Source: a virus
Taxonomy: Duplodnaviria; Caudoviricetes
Length of the DNA: 64,000 nt
Virus record (IMG/VR): IMGVR_UViG_2595698595_000001
Span: 128,001 to 192,000 of that record
Strand: one strand, 5' to 3'
Shown: positions 30,237 to 38,994 of the stretch, piece after piece
Position numbering within the stretch: position 1 is the stretch's first letter
Layout: every line of letters starts with the position of its first letter
Position numbers and translations under genes: made by a program
Notes under the pieces: model-generated
Told to the model about the DNA's origin: nothing
Seen by the model: only the letters and a program-made list of their open reading frames with translations
The model's database searches: none

Positions 30237-30262
30237 AGGGAGACATTTGATCTTGTCTCCCT
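30237..30262 (+). other. GC-rich hairpin in the leader of the glucosaminidase gene
   Basis: AGGGAGACA-TTTGATCT-TGTCTCCCT. Confidence 0.55.
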
Positions 30263-30287
30263 TCATGGTTTCACTAAAATAAAAATA

Positions 30288-30923
30288 ATGTTTAGTTCAA
30301 AAAATGAAAAATCAGATCAGAAACACCCAATCTTAAAATTAATCGAATCTATAAAGAAATTCTTTGATTTCGATACAGTACTGTCAATTATTATAATGGT
30401 ATTCATACTATGGTTACTATTAGCTTCTAAAGGTTCAGCAAAGGCTGAAATGCTGTCAACAGATTCTGATATTGTTGACGTAAATCTCCCAGAAAAATTC
30501 AATGAAAAATCTACTTCAAGTAAAATCAAGAACAAAGAGGATTTGTATGTTTACATGAAGAAAGCTGGAATTAAGTTTCCTGAGCTTGTATGGTCTCAAG
30601 CTATGATGGAATCTGCTTGGATGAATTCAGCAGTTTTTAATCGTTCTAATAATCTTTTTGGAATGAAGAAATCTGGAAAACGTGACCATTTACAAATACA
30701 TAAACGTAACGATTCTTATTCACATTTCGAAACAATCAAGAAGTGTGTATTAGATTACAAGTTACATCAAGAACAAGTTCTTAAAATCGAAAACATTAAA
30801 AACGAATCTCAATATATGAGAAGGTTAATCAAAACTGGTTATTGTCCTGATGAAGGATATGCTAGAAAGATATTAGCTATTCGTAAGAATACAGATTTTA
30901 ACGAATTGAAAAAATCTAGTTAG
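30288..30923 (+). CDS. membrane-anchored GH73 glucosaminidase-like peptidoglycan hydrolase
   Basis: N-terminal TM, SQAMMESAW (catalytic E), NNLFGMK, GYCPD.GY..KI. Confidence 0.75.
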   Translation: MFSSKNEKSDQKHPILKLIESIKKFFDFDTVLSIIIMVFILWLLLASKGSAKAEMLSTDSDIVDVNLPEKFNEKSTSSKIKNKEDLYVYMKKAGIKFPELVWSQAMMESAWMNSAVFNRSNNLFGMKKSGKRDHLQIHKRNDSYSHFETIKKCVLDYKLHQEQVLKIENIKNESQYMRRLIKTGYCPDEGYARKILAIRKNTDFNELKKSS

Positions 30924-30954
30924 TAATACATATTCAAATAAAAAATATACTATC

Positions 30955-31284
30955 ATGACCGAACAAGAAATTAATATTCGTATAGCTGAAGATAACAAGG
31001 TTATCAAACTTCAGGAAGAAACTGTAGAAACTCCAATCGTAAAGTATTACGAAGTTGTTAAAACTTCATGTAGTTCTGAGATTCTATTTTATGGTAATAA
31101 TCCAAAACTTAAAGAAGGTGATTTATTCGAATGTTCGAATTCTTTACAATCTAACGTGTTAGGTGTAAGTAAATGGTTACTACCGAATCATCTTGAATTT
31201 TCTGGATTGAATTCTATAGCTTTAGAATGCTGTCAAGAATTGACAGAAATGGAATACAAACAAAAATTAGCAAGACGTGATTAA
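30955..31284 (+). CDS. hypothetical protein
   Basis: ORF after AATACATA at 30925. Confidence 0.55.
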   Translation: MTEQEINIRIAEDNKVIKLQEETVETPIVKYYEVVKTSCSSEILFYGNNPKLKEGDLFECSNSLQSNVLGVSKWLLPNHLEFSGLNSIALECCQELTEMEYKQKLARRD

Positions 31285-31561
31285 ATCTTTTGAAGAACGT
31301 AAATCAGAATTTCTTCGAAATTTCAAAGATTTTAGATTACCTAATGAAGCTAATTACGATACTAAGATTCGATATGTTGTAGCTTACGAATTTCTAAACA
31401 ACATTATGATAAACCGTAATGTTAGTTTCGATGGTAATGTATTCAAACTATCTAACGGTATGATAGTAAACAAAATAATAGCATTACGAAGGGCTAAACC
31501 TTACGAACCTAAGAACGCTTTTCATATTACTAACGAAATTCTAAAATCTGGAAAACTATAA
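31277..31561 (+). CDS. hypothetical protein
   Basis: GTG start, overlapping ORF. Confidence 0.5.
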   Translation: MIKSFEERKSEFLRNFKDFRLPNEANYDTKIRYVVAYEFLNNIMINRNVSFDGNVFKLSNGMIVNKIIALRRAKPYEPKNAFHITNEILKSGKL

Positions 31562-31938
31562 TGAAAACTTTAACAAAACTTTTTGAAAGTTCTATATATG
31601 TTGTTTCTTCAAAAGAAGCTTCTGAACAATATACCATGATTTCCGGTAACGAGTATGGTACGAAAAAGGGTATTGATATTTACGTAAATGACGTTTTAGT
31701 ATGTAAGACTAGAAAATATAAGATGTACATAGCTAAAGGCTACAGTCAAGTACTTAAAACTGTATCAGATACTGATTATGATCATAATAATTTAGCTAAA
31801 GCTTTGAACTCAGACGTCAATGTTGTACAAAAATACTTCAGGTCTGATTTTCATAATACTAGAGTATGGAATCCTGGTACTTATACAACAGTTAAAAATT
31901 TCAAAGAAAAGCTAGAATTCTTTTTAAAGCATAATTAG
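31561..31938 (+). CDS. MK-x5-FE leader protein
   Basis: N-terminus MKTLTKLFESS. Confidence 0.6.
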   Translation: MKTLTKLFESSIYVVSSKEASEQYTMISGNEYGTKKGIDIYVNDVLVCKTRKYKMYIAKGYSQVLKTVSDTDYDHNNLAKALNSDVNVVQKYFRSDFHNTRVWNPGTYTTVKNFKEKLEFFLKHN

Positions 31939-31942
31939 TAAA

Positions 31943-31988
31943 ACGAAACCCTCGGAAACTGAAACTTTCGAGGGTTTCGTAGTAATAT
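31943..31988 (+). promoter_or_regulatory. hairpin promoter cassette, type B
   Basis: ACGAAACCCTCG-GAAACTGAAACTTT-CGAGGGTTTCGT-AGTAATAT. Confidence 0.8.
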
Positions 31989-32016
31989 ACATTTATAACT
32001 TTATAATTTATCAACT

Positions 32017-32502
32017 ATGGGACTATCTACAAAGGTTATCATTAACCCAAAGACCAAACTATCTGAAATCATTACATTTCTGGAAACTAAATTCAAAACT
32101 AAGGTAGAATTACGTGAAGCTGCTTCAGGTATGTTCAGCTTAATGTTTACTATAAACTTAGACAAATCCGGAACAAAAGAACAAAGAGTTTTATACGTTT
32201 TCATGGATCGGACAACATGTCGATATGATTTCGAAATCGATGGAATTCTTATAAGTTTCAATTGCTGGGGGATGTTTAAATCTATAGCAGATTCACTATG
32301 TAACGAATTTGGTGGAATGGTTGACTATAACGATTGTGACGATGAAGGATTCATAACTATCTGTCCTGAAAAATTCTTTAATTCTGAAGCTCCAGAAAAC
32401 AAAGAACTTGATTCTGTATTACATGAAATCATATTAGCTTTCGGTAATGACAAAGTTAATAAGTTCATAGAATTATCTAACAAATATCAAAACGTAAAGT
32501 AA
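32017..32502 (+). CDS. hypothetical early protein
   Basis: First ORF after the cassette; FGG..D.NDCDD motif. Confidence 0.65.
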   Translation: MGLSTKVIINPKTKLSEIITFLETKFKTKVELREAASGMFSLMFTINLDKSGTKEQRVLYVFMDRTTCRYDFEIDGILISFNCWGMFKSIADSLCNEFGGMVDYNDCDDEGFITICPEKFFNSEAPENKELDSVLHEIILAFGNDKVNKFIELSNKYQNVK

Positions 32503-33023
32503 TGAAATACGAAATGAAAACTTGGAAGTTATCTACAGAAATTGAAACTTCTAATTTATTCAAAGCTATTAGAACATTAGCTGATAGATACATGTCAGCT
32601 TCAAGATTCGACGCTCCAGGAAATTCAATAATCGAAGGTTTGACTGGTACAGAATTAACTGGAAAACAAGCTAAATATATGTTCCTGTTCAAAGAACTTG
32701 AACTATTCGGTAAGAAACAAATGGTGAACTATATGTCTTTATCTTCTCAACCGTTTTCAAGAAATCATTATTGGAAAGAAGAACCTGAAGATAAAATTCC
32801 AGCAATGGATGGAATTCTTAGATGTGAAATAAAGGATTATGGTAACGAATTACCTGACAAATCTTATCCTACTTTAATGTATTTCGAAATTGATGATAAA
32901 TTCAAATGTATCAAAGTCGAAGCTTACAGTAAAGATGGTAAAGTAATTGGTACTATGACGAATCCAACACAGAAACGTTTCGAGAAAACATTCGAACATG
33001 CTTTAGAACATTTTAAATCTTAA
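32502..33023 (+). CDS. hypothetical protein
   Basis: Coupled ORF. Confidence 0.6.
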   Translation: MKYEMKTWKLSTEIETSNLFKAIRTLADRYMSASRFDAPGNSIIEGLTGTELTGKQAKYMFLFKELELFGKKQMVNYMSLSSQPFSRNHYWKEEPEDKIPAMDGILRCEIKDYGNELPDKSYPTLMYFEIDDKFKCIKVEAYSKDGKVIGTMTNPTQKRFEKTFEHALEHFKS

Positions 33024-33027
33024 CATC

Positions 33028-33639
33028 ATGAATTTCCATAATCCACTATCGTTTACATTCAGATGTAAGAAAACAAACTCTACGTCTGATATAGCTATTC
33101 AAGACATTGATATCGCATACAGTTTTCTAAAGATGTTAGATAACATCGAAATGACACCTGATGATATTTACAAAGTCTATAAATATCTTGAGAAGGCGTT
33201 TCCAGATCATTCATTAAAGGATAAGATATTCTGGGAGGATTTCGATATGTTAGTTTCTGTTACTAGAATGTATGATGTATCGATTTTACAAATAGAACCT
33301 ATTCAGTTATCGAGATTCAATAGTTCATTTAACGTACAGAACTTTAGACATGAAATATGTGTCAGAACATTAGCGATATTAACAGATTCTTATGACTGTG
33401 AGAAAATAGTCAACATTCTTAATGATAGTATCTTTTCATTCTTTACAAAATATTTAGATGTTTCGATCGAAACTGAAAGAAGTATTTCGTATCTAGTGAG
33501 CAATGTTGAGAATAACGAAACTATAGTTCTAAAGAATCTTGACGAAACAGATGAAATCCATTTCAAGTATTCGACTATCGAAGAAGTAAAAACAATCAAA
33601 CGTAAACTATACATCTATAAAAATGACAGTAATTCCTAA
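33028..33639 (+). CDS. hypothetical protein
   Basis: ORF. Confidence 0.55.
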   Translation: MNFHNPLSFTFRCKKTNSTSDIAIQDIDIAYSFLKMLDNIEMTPDDIYKVYKYLEKAFPDHSLKDKIFWEDFDMLVSVTRMYDVSILQIEPIQLSRFNSSFNVQNFRHEICVRTLAILTDSYDCEKIVNILNDSIFSFFTKYLDVSIETERSISYLVSNVENNETIVLKNLDETDEIHFKYSTIEEVKTIKRKLYIYKNDSNS

Positions 33640-34030
33640 TCAATCGAATTTAGTAGATTCTAATATCCAATCCGAACTTCAAGTTAAACAAGAAAAACCT
33701 TCGAAGTTATTGTTAGTAGATTGTATCAAACCTCATAACAATCATTCAGTATTCGAAATTAACTTGTCTGAACAAACTATTCAAGTAGCTTCATTCGTTT
33801 CTAAAGATACTATCACTTGGTGGGAAGCTTTAGATGGTTCTTACAAGAATCTTGAGATTATCCGTAAACCTAATTGCGTTTATCATACAGCTTTGAATGT
33901 TGAAAATTTGGCAAAAAGAGTCAAAAGGGATTACGACTACGATTTATCAGGATTCGAATACATTGCTGACAATTCAAATGGTGGTAGTAACCTGAAAGTT
34001 AATGTTAATGATTTAGTAAGTTCAGTTTAA
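33623..34030 (+). CDS. hypothetical protein
   Basis: ORF. Confidence 0.6.
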   Translation: MTVIPNQSNLVDSNIQSELQVKQEKPSKLLLVDCIKPHNNHSVFEINLSEQTIQVASFVSKDTITWWEALDGSYKNLEIIRKPNCVYHTALNVENLAKRVKRDYDYDLSGFEYIADNSNGGSNLKVNVNDLVSSV

Positions 34031-34042
34031 AGCATTATATCA

Positions 34043-34429
34043 ATGTCATACGAAAGATTGAACAAAATTATAGAACTTGAATCTGATGGATTCAGATATA
34101 AGTTAATGCAATTACGTTGGAATACTTTCATGAGTTCGAATCCACCTGAAAAGTTTCATCCAGAAAACGTATTACTGGATGACAATGAAACGATAATGAT
34201 TCTATCTGTTTATAGCTTACCATTCACTTTAGAAATCTCTAATGTTGATTTACATGCTAACAGATTAGTTTTCGAAAATTCTGGAAACAATAAAAGTAAA
34301 ATGGCTAAACGTAACAGTATTTACGAGCAAGATTATCGAATCTTTGGTTGTGAACCTGAAATGAAAAAGATTTCATATCATCCTAGCATCTGTTATAAGA
34401 TTTTAGAAAAAGTTCAAATTAATACATAA
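34043..34429 (+). CDS. hypothetical protein
   Basis: ORF. Confidence 0.55.
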   Translation: MSYERLNKIIELESDGFRYKLMQLRWNTFMSSNPPEKFHPENVLLDDNETIMILSVYSLPFTLEISNVDLHANRLVFENSGNNKSKMAKRNSIYEQDYRIFGCEPEMKKISYHPSICYKILEKVQINT

Positions 34430-34505
34430 TTCATGGTACCATATATCTTCACTTTCATGTGTCAAGAACAGTAATAGTTCAATTGCTGTTCTATGACTTA
34501 TTATC

Positions 34506-34754
34506 ATGAAAGAAAATAGAACAATCGCTTATCGTAGACATAAAGCTTCTACGAAACTAAACAGAAAAATCAAACTAACTTATGACATAGATTTAATACA
34601 TGAAGAAATGTCATATTCTGATTACAGTAAATCAGTATTATCAGGTAAGTTACATACTTGGATGCGTTCAATGAACACTGCATGCTCCTGTTACATGTGT
34701 TCAGGATATTACAAGTATAAACGTATCAAGTTTGATTTCGATTCAGAAATGTAA
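34506..34754 (+). CDS. small basic protein with CSCYMC motif
   Basis: R/K-rich with CxCxxC near the C-terminus; leader hairpin at 34461-34497. Confidence 0.6.
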   Translation: MKENRTIAYRRHKASTKLNRKIKLTYDIDLIHEEMSYSDYSKSVLSGKLHTWMRSMNTACSCYMCSGYYKYKRIKFDFDSEM

Positions 34755-34756
34755 AA

Positions 34757-34800
34757 GAAACCCTCAGAAACTGAAACTTCTGAGGGTTTCGTAGTATAAT
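34757..34800 (+). promoter_or_regulatory. hairpin promoter cassette, variant
   Basis: GAAACCCTCAGAA-ACTGAAAC-TTCTGAGGGTTTC-G-TAGTATAAT. Confidence 0.8.
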
Positions 34801-34829
34801 AATCAATATAATCTATAAACTATATTCGT

Positions 34830-35381
34830 ATGTCAACTATTATCAATACTAAAGAGCTTAGAACTCGTATCGAAAGCAATCAAACTAAGTATCAAGATGT
34901 GAGATACATTCACAATCTTCTAGAATCTAAGGTTCTTGAAGAAGAGAACTTACGATACTTGCTACAATTACCATTATCGAATTTACGATCTGAATCTACA
35001 GAACATTTGAATTTCGTTTCAGAAACTCTTAACAATTTAGGATATCACGTAAAAACTGACAGTAATCATATATATGTTAAGTATGCTGATAGAGTTATGG
35101 ATTCTATATTCAAATCTAAATCTTTATATTTTCTATATTCGATTTCAGCTGATAGACTTTCCATCAAGTACAATAATGTTCAGAAAGCTAAGGAACTTTA
35201 TCATAGACTAATGAAGGTTATGGAAATCGAATTGTTCTTTAATGGTAGTCAATACGATCAAATTTTAGACAATGATCTCGTTCTTAAAGAATTAATCGTT
35301 TTGTTACAAATAAATGGTTTCAGAACTGAGAAAACTGTTATATCTGACAAGAAAGCTAACCTTAAAATTTCTTTAATATGA
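34830..35381 (+). CDS. hypothetical early protein
   Basis: First ORF after the cassette. Confidence 0.6.
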   Translation: MSTIINTKELRTRIESNQTKYQDVRYIHNLLESKVLEEENLRYLLQLPLSNLRSESTEHLNFVSETLNNLGYHVKTDSNHIYVKYADRVMDSIFKSKSLYFLYSISADRLSIKYNNVQKAKELYHRLMKVMEIELFFNGSQYDQILDNDLVLKELIVLLQINGFRTEKTVISDKKANLKISLI

Positions 35382-35854
35382 AAAGTGTAAACTGGTACGA
35401 TTTCGGTGCAATGGAAGTTAATCCTCCAGCTAATCGTAGAACTGAACATGGATTTAGATCATATGATTTTCGAGCACCTAAACGAAACGATAAGAAAAAC
35501 TGGAAAAAGTTCTTATTATGGTTTCTAACATTTCGAGAGGAAAACGTCGTACGTTTCAAAGACGTAATGAAACTTTATGGTGTAACTTTGGAAAATGTTG
35601 AACGTGAACGTAAGTCCTCTTACAACAGAATTAAACGTAATAACGTTGAAGCAAGGAGATTAAACAAAAGGATTAGAACCCCCGAAACTGCTGCGAAACT
35701 TGACATAGAATTTCAATACCATTCTTATCGCTTAGACTGGATGAAAGAAAATCCAAAGAAAAATGATAAAGCGATCAAAAAATTGAAAACTAAATGTGAA
35801 CGATTAAATTCACCTTCTAGAAGGAAACGAATTCAGAAAATCCTAGAATCATGA
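35378..35854 (+). CDS. basic hypothetical protein
   Basis: K/R-rich ORF. Confidence 0.55.
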   Translation: MKSVNWYDFGAMEVNPPANRRTEHGFRSYDFRAPKRNDKKNWKKFLLWFLTFREENVVRFKDVMKLYGVTLENVERERKSSYNRIKRNNVEARRLNKRIRTPETAAKLDIEFQYHSYRLDWMKENPKKNDKAIKKLKTKCERLNSPSRRKRIQKILES

Positions 35855-36267
35855 TAATAACAGTATTCATAATATTAGCAGTAATGATTACTGCAGTATC
35901 TTTCATAACTATTAATGAAGAACCATCGAAAGTTAACAAACATGGACTGAAATATAAACTTGAAGAATTTGCTTCTACAAGTTACAATCTAGCATTTTGG
36001 GACGAATCTAAGAAAAAGTTAATTTGGATATTATACGTTGGTATCGATGTAGATAATTTCAATAGAAATCTTGTAACATATCCTCCGAAACTTGATAGAG
36101 CTTTCTTCGAAATGGGTAGAAAAATCGATTATGCGATTGACAAATTCGAAACTATCGAACAAGTTTACGAATATAACAAAGTTAGAGAATCAGAAGCTAT
36201 AAGAGCTAATGAAAGATACGAAAATAGGGTAAAACAATTCGAGGAACAAAGATCAAAATATGAATAA
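35851..36267 (+). CDS. membrane-anchored protein
   Basis: N-terminal TM helix. Confidence 0.55.
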   Translation: MIITVFIILAVMITAVSFITINEEPSKVNKHGLKYKLEEFASTSYNLAFWDESKKKLIWILYVGIDVDNFNRNLVTYPPKLDRAFFEMGRKIDYAIDKFETIEQVYEYNKVRESEAIRANERYENRVKQFEEQRSKYE

Positions 36268-36300
36268 TTCTATACATTCGTTATAATAAACTAAAGAAAC

Positions 36301-36915
36301 ATGAAAAATATTAAAAACGCTGACATACTAACTGACTACATATTACGTACATTCAAAGAATTAGATAACATTAGATTTACTTCTAACTATATCAAGGGTT
36401 CGATGACTAAACGTACTTTATGTGACACTGTTCAAGTAAATGACAATCTTGAAATATTTACAGCTTTATCTGGAAAACGTTTGTCACATGTGACAAAACT
36501 TGGATTAGTTTTCAAGGATGTGAATACTATTGTAAAAATCGACATTAACGAAATCAATTCAGAAAATCTTTCATTCGTTATAGCACATCTTAGTAATAGA
36601 ACTGTTAGTAAACTAATGAAAGTCATAACTAATACTAAGATGACAGAATCTACGAAATGTCGTGAAATTTCGAACCATTTCGTAAAGAAATACAAATTAC
36701 ATTTAGTAGATTCTGATGGTCATTTATGTTGGATTAAATGTTTGCATTCGAATACATATCTTAATAACTATCATTCGAAATGTCATAGTAATGACAACGT
36801 TCTTGAAAAACTAAGGAAGGAAAGAACTAGTCTAATTCTAGAACTTGATATTGTCAATGCTAAAATAGAAATGATAGAAAACAAAAATGCAATTTTAGAA
36901 AAACTAAATACTTAA
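36301..36915 (+). CDS. hypothetical protein
   Basis: ORF. Confidence 0.55.
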   Translation: MKNIKNADILTDYILRTFKELDNIRFTSNYIKGSMTKRTLCDTVQVNDNLEIFTALSGKRLSHVTKLGLVFKDVNTIVKIDINEINSENLSFVIAHLSNRTVSKLMKVITNTKMTESTKCREISNHFVKKYKLHLVDSDGHLCWIKCLHSNTYLNNYHSKCHSNDNVLEKLRKERTSLILELDIVNAKIEMIENKNAILEKLNT

Positions 36916-36919
36916 AATT

Positions 36920-37066
36920 ATGCAATCGATCCTATATCTACCAATGACAATTTTATTCTTCACAGCTTTATCATTCTTCACGATTTGGGGATCGTACAAG
37001 ATTGGTAAATTAATCTTTCAATTATGCTCAGAAAAACTTCGAAATCTCAGAAACGTAAGTCTTTAA
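36920..37066 (+). CDS. 48-aa TM microprotein (not in ORF track)
   Basis: MQSILYLPMTILFFTALSFFTIWGSYKIGKLIFQ...; fills the gap between neighbours. Confidence 0.45.
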   Translation: MQSILYLPMTILFFTALSFFTIWGSYKIGKLIFQLCSEKLRNLRNVSL

Positions 37067-37269
37067 TTCGTAAAGTTTTCATCAGTTTATATCCTGATGG
37101 AATGACTAATAACGCTCATAAATCTATGACAGAAATCATAGAATCTGGATATTGTAATAATCGAAAACGTTTGAGATGGTTTATCAAGAAAGGTTTGACA
37201 AGTTTCCAGAAATCTGGAATGGTTGCAACCCGTAAGAAAATTATCAATCGTCTTATAGCTTCAATTTAA
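37024..37269 (+). CDS. small basic protein
   Basis: TTTCAATT-ATG start. Confidence 0.55.
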   Translation: MLRKTSKSQKRKSLIRKVFISLYPDGMTNNAHKSMTEIIESGYCNNRKRLRWFIKKGLTSFQKSGMVATRKKIINRLIASI

Positions 37270-37274
37270 TCGAA

Positions 37275-37670
37275 ATGTCAGTATCAGAACAAACTATAAT
37301 AAATTCATTACATGATTTGAAACAGTTATTAGAAAGAAATCATTTAATAGACAATTTCGATTCTTTAGACAATTCAATTTTTTCAAAACATTTGAAACTT
37401 ACTAGTAGTATATACACTCACTGTCTTTATATAAATCTATTTCTTTTTGATTCTACTTGGTATAAAATCGATAATACTGTAATAGGTTTGATAAAACGAA
37501 TAGAATATGTAAAATGGTTCTTTCAGAATAGAAAGGAATCGTTTTATAGTAGTTATACTACATTGATGCGATTAAACTCAGAACTTAAATCAATTCAGAC
37601 ACGATACTGGGATAAACCTATTCAAATGTTTTTAGAATTCGACAAGCTTGCTAAATTTCCAAGAAGATGA
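37275..37670 (+). CDS. hypothetical protein
   Basis: ORF. Confidence 0.5.
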   Translation: MSVSEQTIINSLHDLKQLLERNHLIDNFDSLDNSIFSKHLKLTSSIYTHCLYINLFLFDSTWYKIDNTVIGLIKRIEYVKWFFQNRKESFYSSYTTLMRLNSELKSIQTRYWDKPIQMFLEFDKLAKFPRR

Positions 37671-38053
37671 AAACGTTAATATTATCAATATTCATAGCTT
37701 TGATGTTTCTTAGCTGTGAAGACAAAATCGAAATACTTTCTATCAATAAGAATTCTGTTATAGATTCTAAAGATATCGAAAAGTTCAATACTGTAACAAC
37801 TTACTATTCTGATAGTACTGTTACCTTGTATTACAACAGTCCTACAAAAACTGTTAATATTAAATCGAAAGGTTCTTATACGATACTTGATACTTTGGAA
37901 TCTGGTAGTAAGATTACAACTTACTTGGGTGATTTGAAACGTAAAACAGGTACTTTGAAATTCTCGATATCTGATAACAAATCAACAAAACTAAATTGTA
38001 CAGCCACTGATTCTATATTCGTAGCTGGTGTAAAGATAGTAAATTATAACTAA
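37667..38053 (+). CDS. lipoprotein
   Basis: MKTLILSIFIALMFLSC-EDK lipobox. Confidence 0.7.
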   Translation: MKTLILSIFIALMFLSCEDKIEILSINKNSVIDSKDIEKFNTVTTYYSDSTVTLYYNSPTKTVNIKSKGSYTILDTLESGSKITTYLGDLKRKTGTLKFSISDNKSTKLNCTATDSIFVAGVKIVNYN

Positions 38054-38060
38054 ACTATTT

Positions 38061-38109
38061 ACAAAAAGTTTCATCGTAAGTGAAACTTTTTGTCGTTTCG
38101 TAGTATAAT
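38061..38109 (+). promoter_or_regulatory. promoter with alternative hairpin
   Basis: ACAAAAAGTTTCA-TCGTAAG-TGAAACTTTTTGT; TGAAAC-N14-TAGTATAAT. Confidence 0.75.
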
Positions 38110-38171
38110 ATACTAAATAAATCAAATATACTTCATTTATGAAGCGCATTAGCTTCGCTAATTTTTCAACT

Positions 38172-38279
38172 ATGGAAATTCTTCAAACAATCGTTCAAAC
38201 TGTAATGACAGGATTATTCGTTACAGCTTTAGTTCTTTTCGTTACTATCGGAATCAGAAATCTTATTAAACTTTTCTAA
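38172..38279 (+). CDS. 35-aa TM microprotein (not in ORF track)
   Basis: TTTCAACT-ATG; MEILQTIVQTVMTGLFVTALVLFVTIGIRNLIKLF; alternative in-frame ATG at 38139. Confidence 0.6.
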   Translation: MEILQTIVQTVMTGLFVTALVLFVTIGIRNLIKLF

Positions 38280-38280
38280 T

Positions 38281-38361
38281 ATGTTTAAGTTCTGTAAGAA
38301 ATGCTGTACTATGGTACTGGTTAAATCATCTAAATGTACAATCTGTAAACGTAGCATATAA
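38281..38361 (+). CDS. 26-aa zinc-ribbon microprotein (not in ORF track)
   Basis: MFKFCKKCCTMVLVKSSKCTICKRSI; stop overlaps the next ATG (TAATG). Confidence 0.6.
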   Translation: MFKFCKKCCTMVLVKSSKCTICKRSI

Positions 38362-38564
38362 TGTCATCTATCAAAGAAGTAAACGCTAAGGTAAGAGCTA
38401 ACAAAATAATCGAAAAATTAGAATTTCTTAAATCTAATGGATGTGATCAAAGAATTTATGTTCCAAATACTATCGATAAATTAATTATCGAAGAATTAGA
38501 AAGTCGAAACTATGTAGTTGAAGACAACTTTCATGATTTAATCGTTTATCCTAAAATCAAATAA
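38361..38564 (+). CDS. hypothetical protein
   Basis: Coupled ORF. Confidence 0.55.
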   Translation: MSSIKEVNAKVRANKIIEKLEFLKSNGCDQRIYVPNTIDKLIIEELESRNYVVEDNFHDLIVYPKIK

Positions 38565-38565
38565 C

Positions 38566-38910
38566 ATGTACTTACTTCTTAAAAACAATATCTCAGATTC
38601 ATCGAACTGGGAAGCTATAGCTACTTACGAAATTATTCCTTCACCTGAAGAACTTCTAAATCTTGAATGTTTCGGAGAAGGTTCTGATGCTAAACATAAA
38701 GAAACTGGTGAATCTTTAAACGAATTACTATGTAAACAGTTATCAGAAAAACTAATTACTAGTACGTTTCAATTTTCTTCAAGTTTTAGATTCGAATATA
38801 TGCTAATAGAATTCAAACATGGTGAAGATTTGAATTTACATGATTATCTTCTAACAGGTTATACAGATATCAATCCTGGAATCGGATTCGATTTGGATAA
38901 TTTTTGTTAA
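38566..38910 (+). CDS. hypothetical protein
   Basis: ORF. Confidence 0.55.
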   Translation: MYLLLKNNISDSSNWEAIATYEIIPSPEELLNLECFGEGSDAKHKETGESLNELLCKQLSEKLITSTFQFSSSFRFEYMLIEFKHGEDLNLHDYLLTGYTDINPGIGFDLDNFC

Positions 38911-38927
38911 CTTTATTTTTCAGCAAC

Positions 38928-38956
38928 TGAAACAATCTAAACTTTCGTAGTATAAT
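38928..38956 (+). promoter_or_regulatory. promoter without hairpin
   Basis: TGAAAC-N14-TAGTATAAT. Confidence 0.7.
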
Positions 38957-38994
38957 ATCTTCATAAATATCATAAATAAAAAACATTTTCAACT

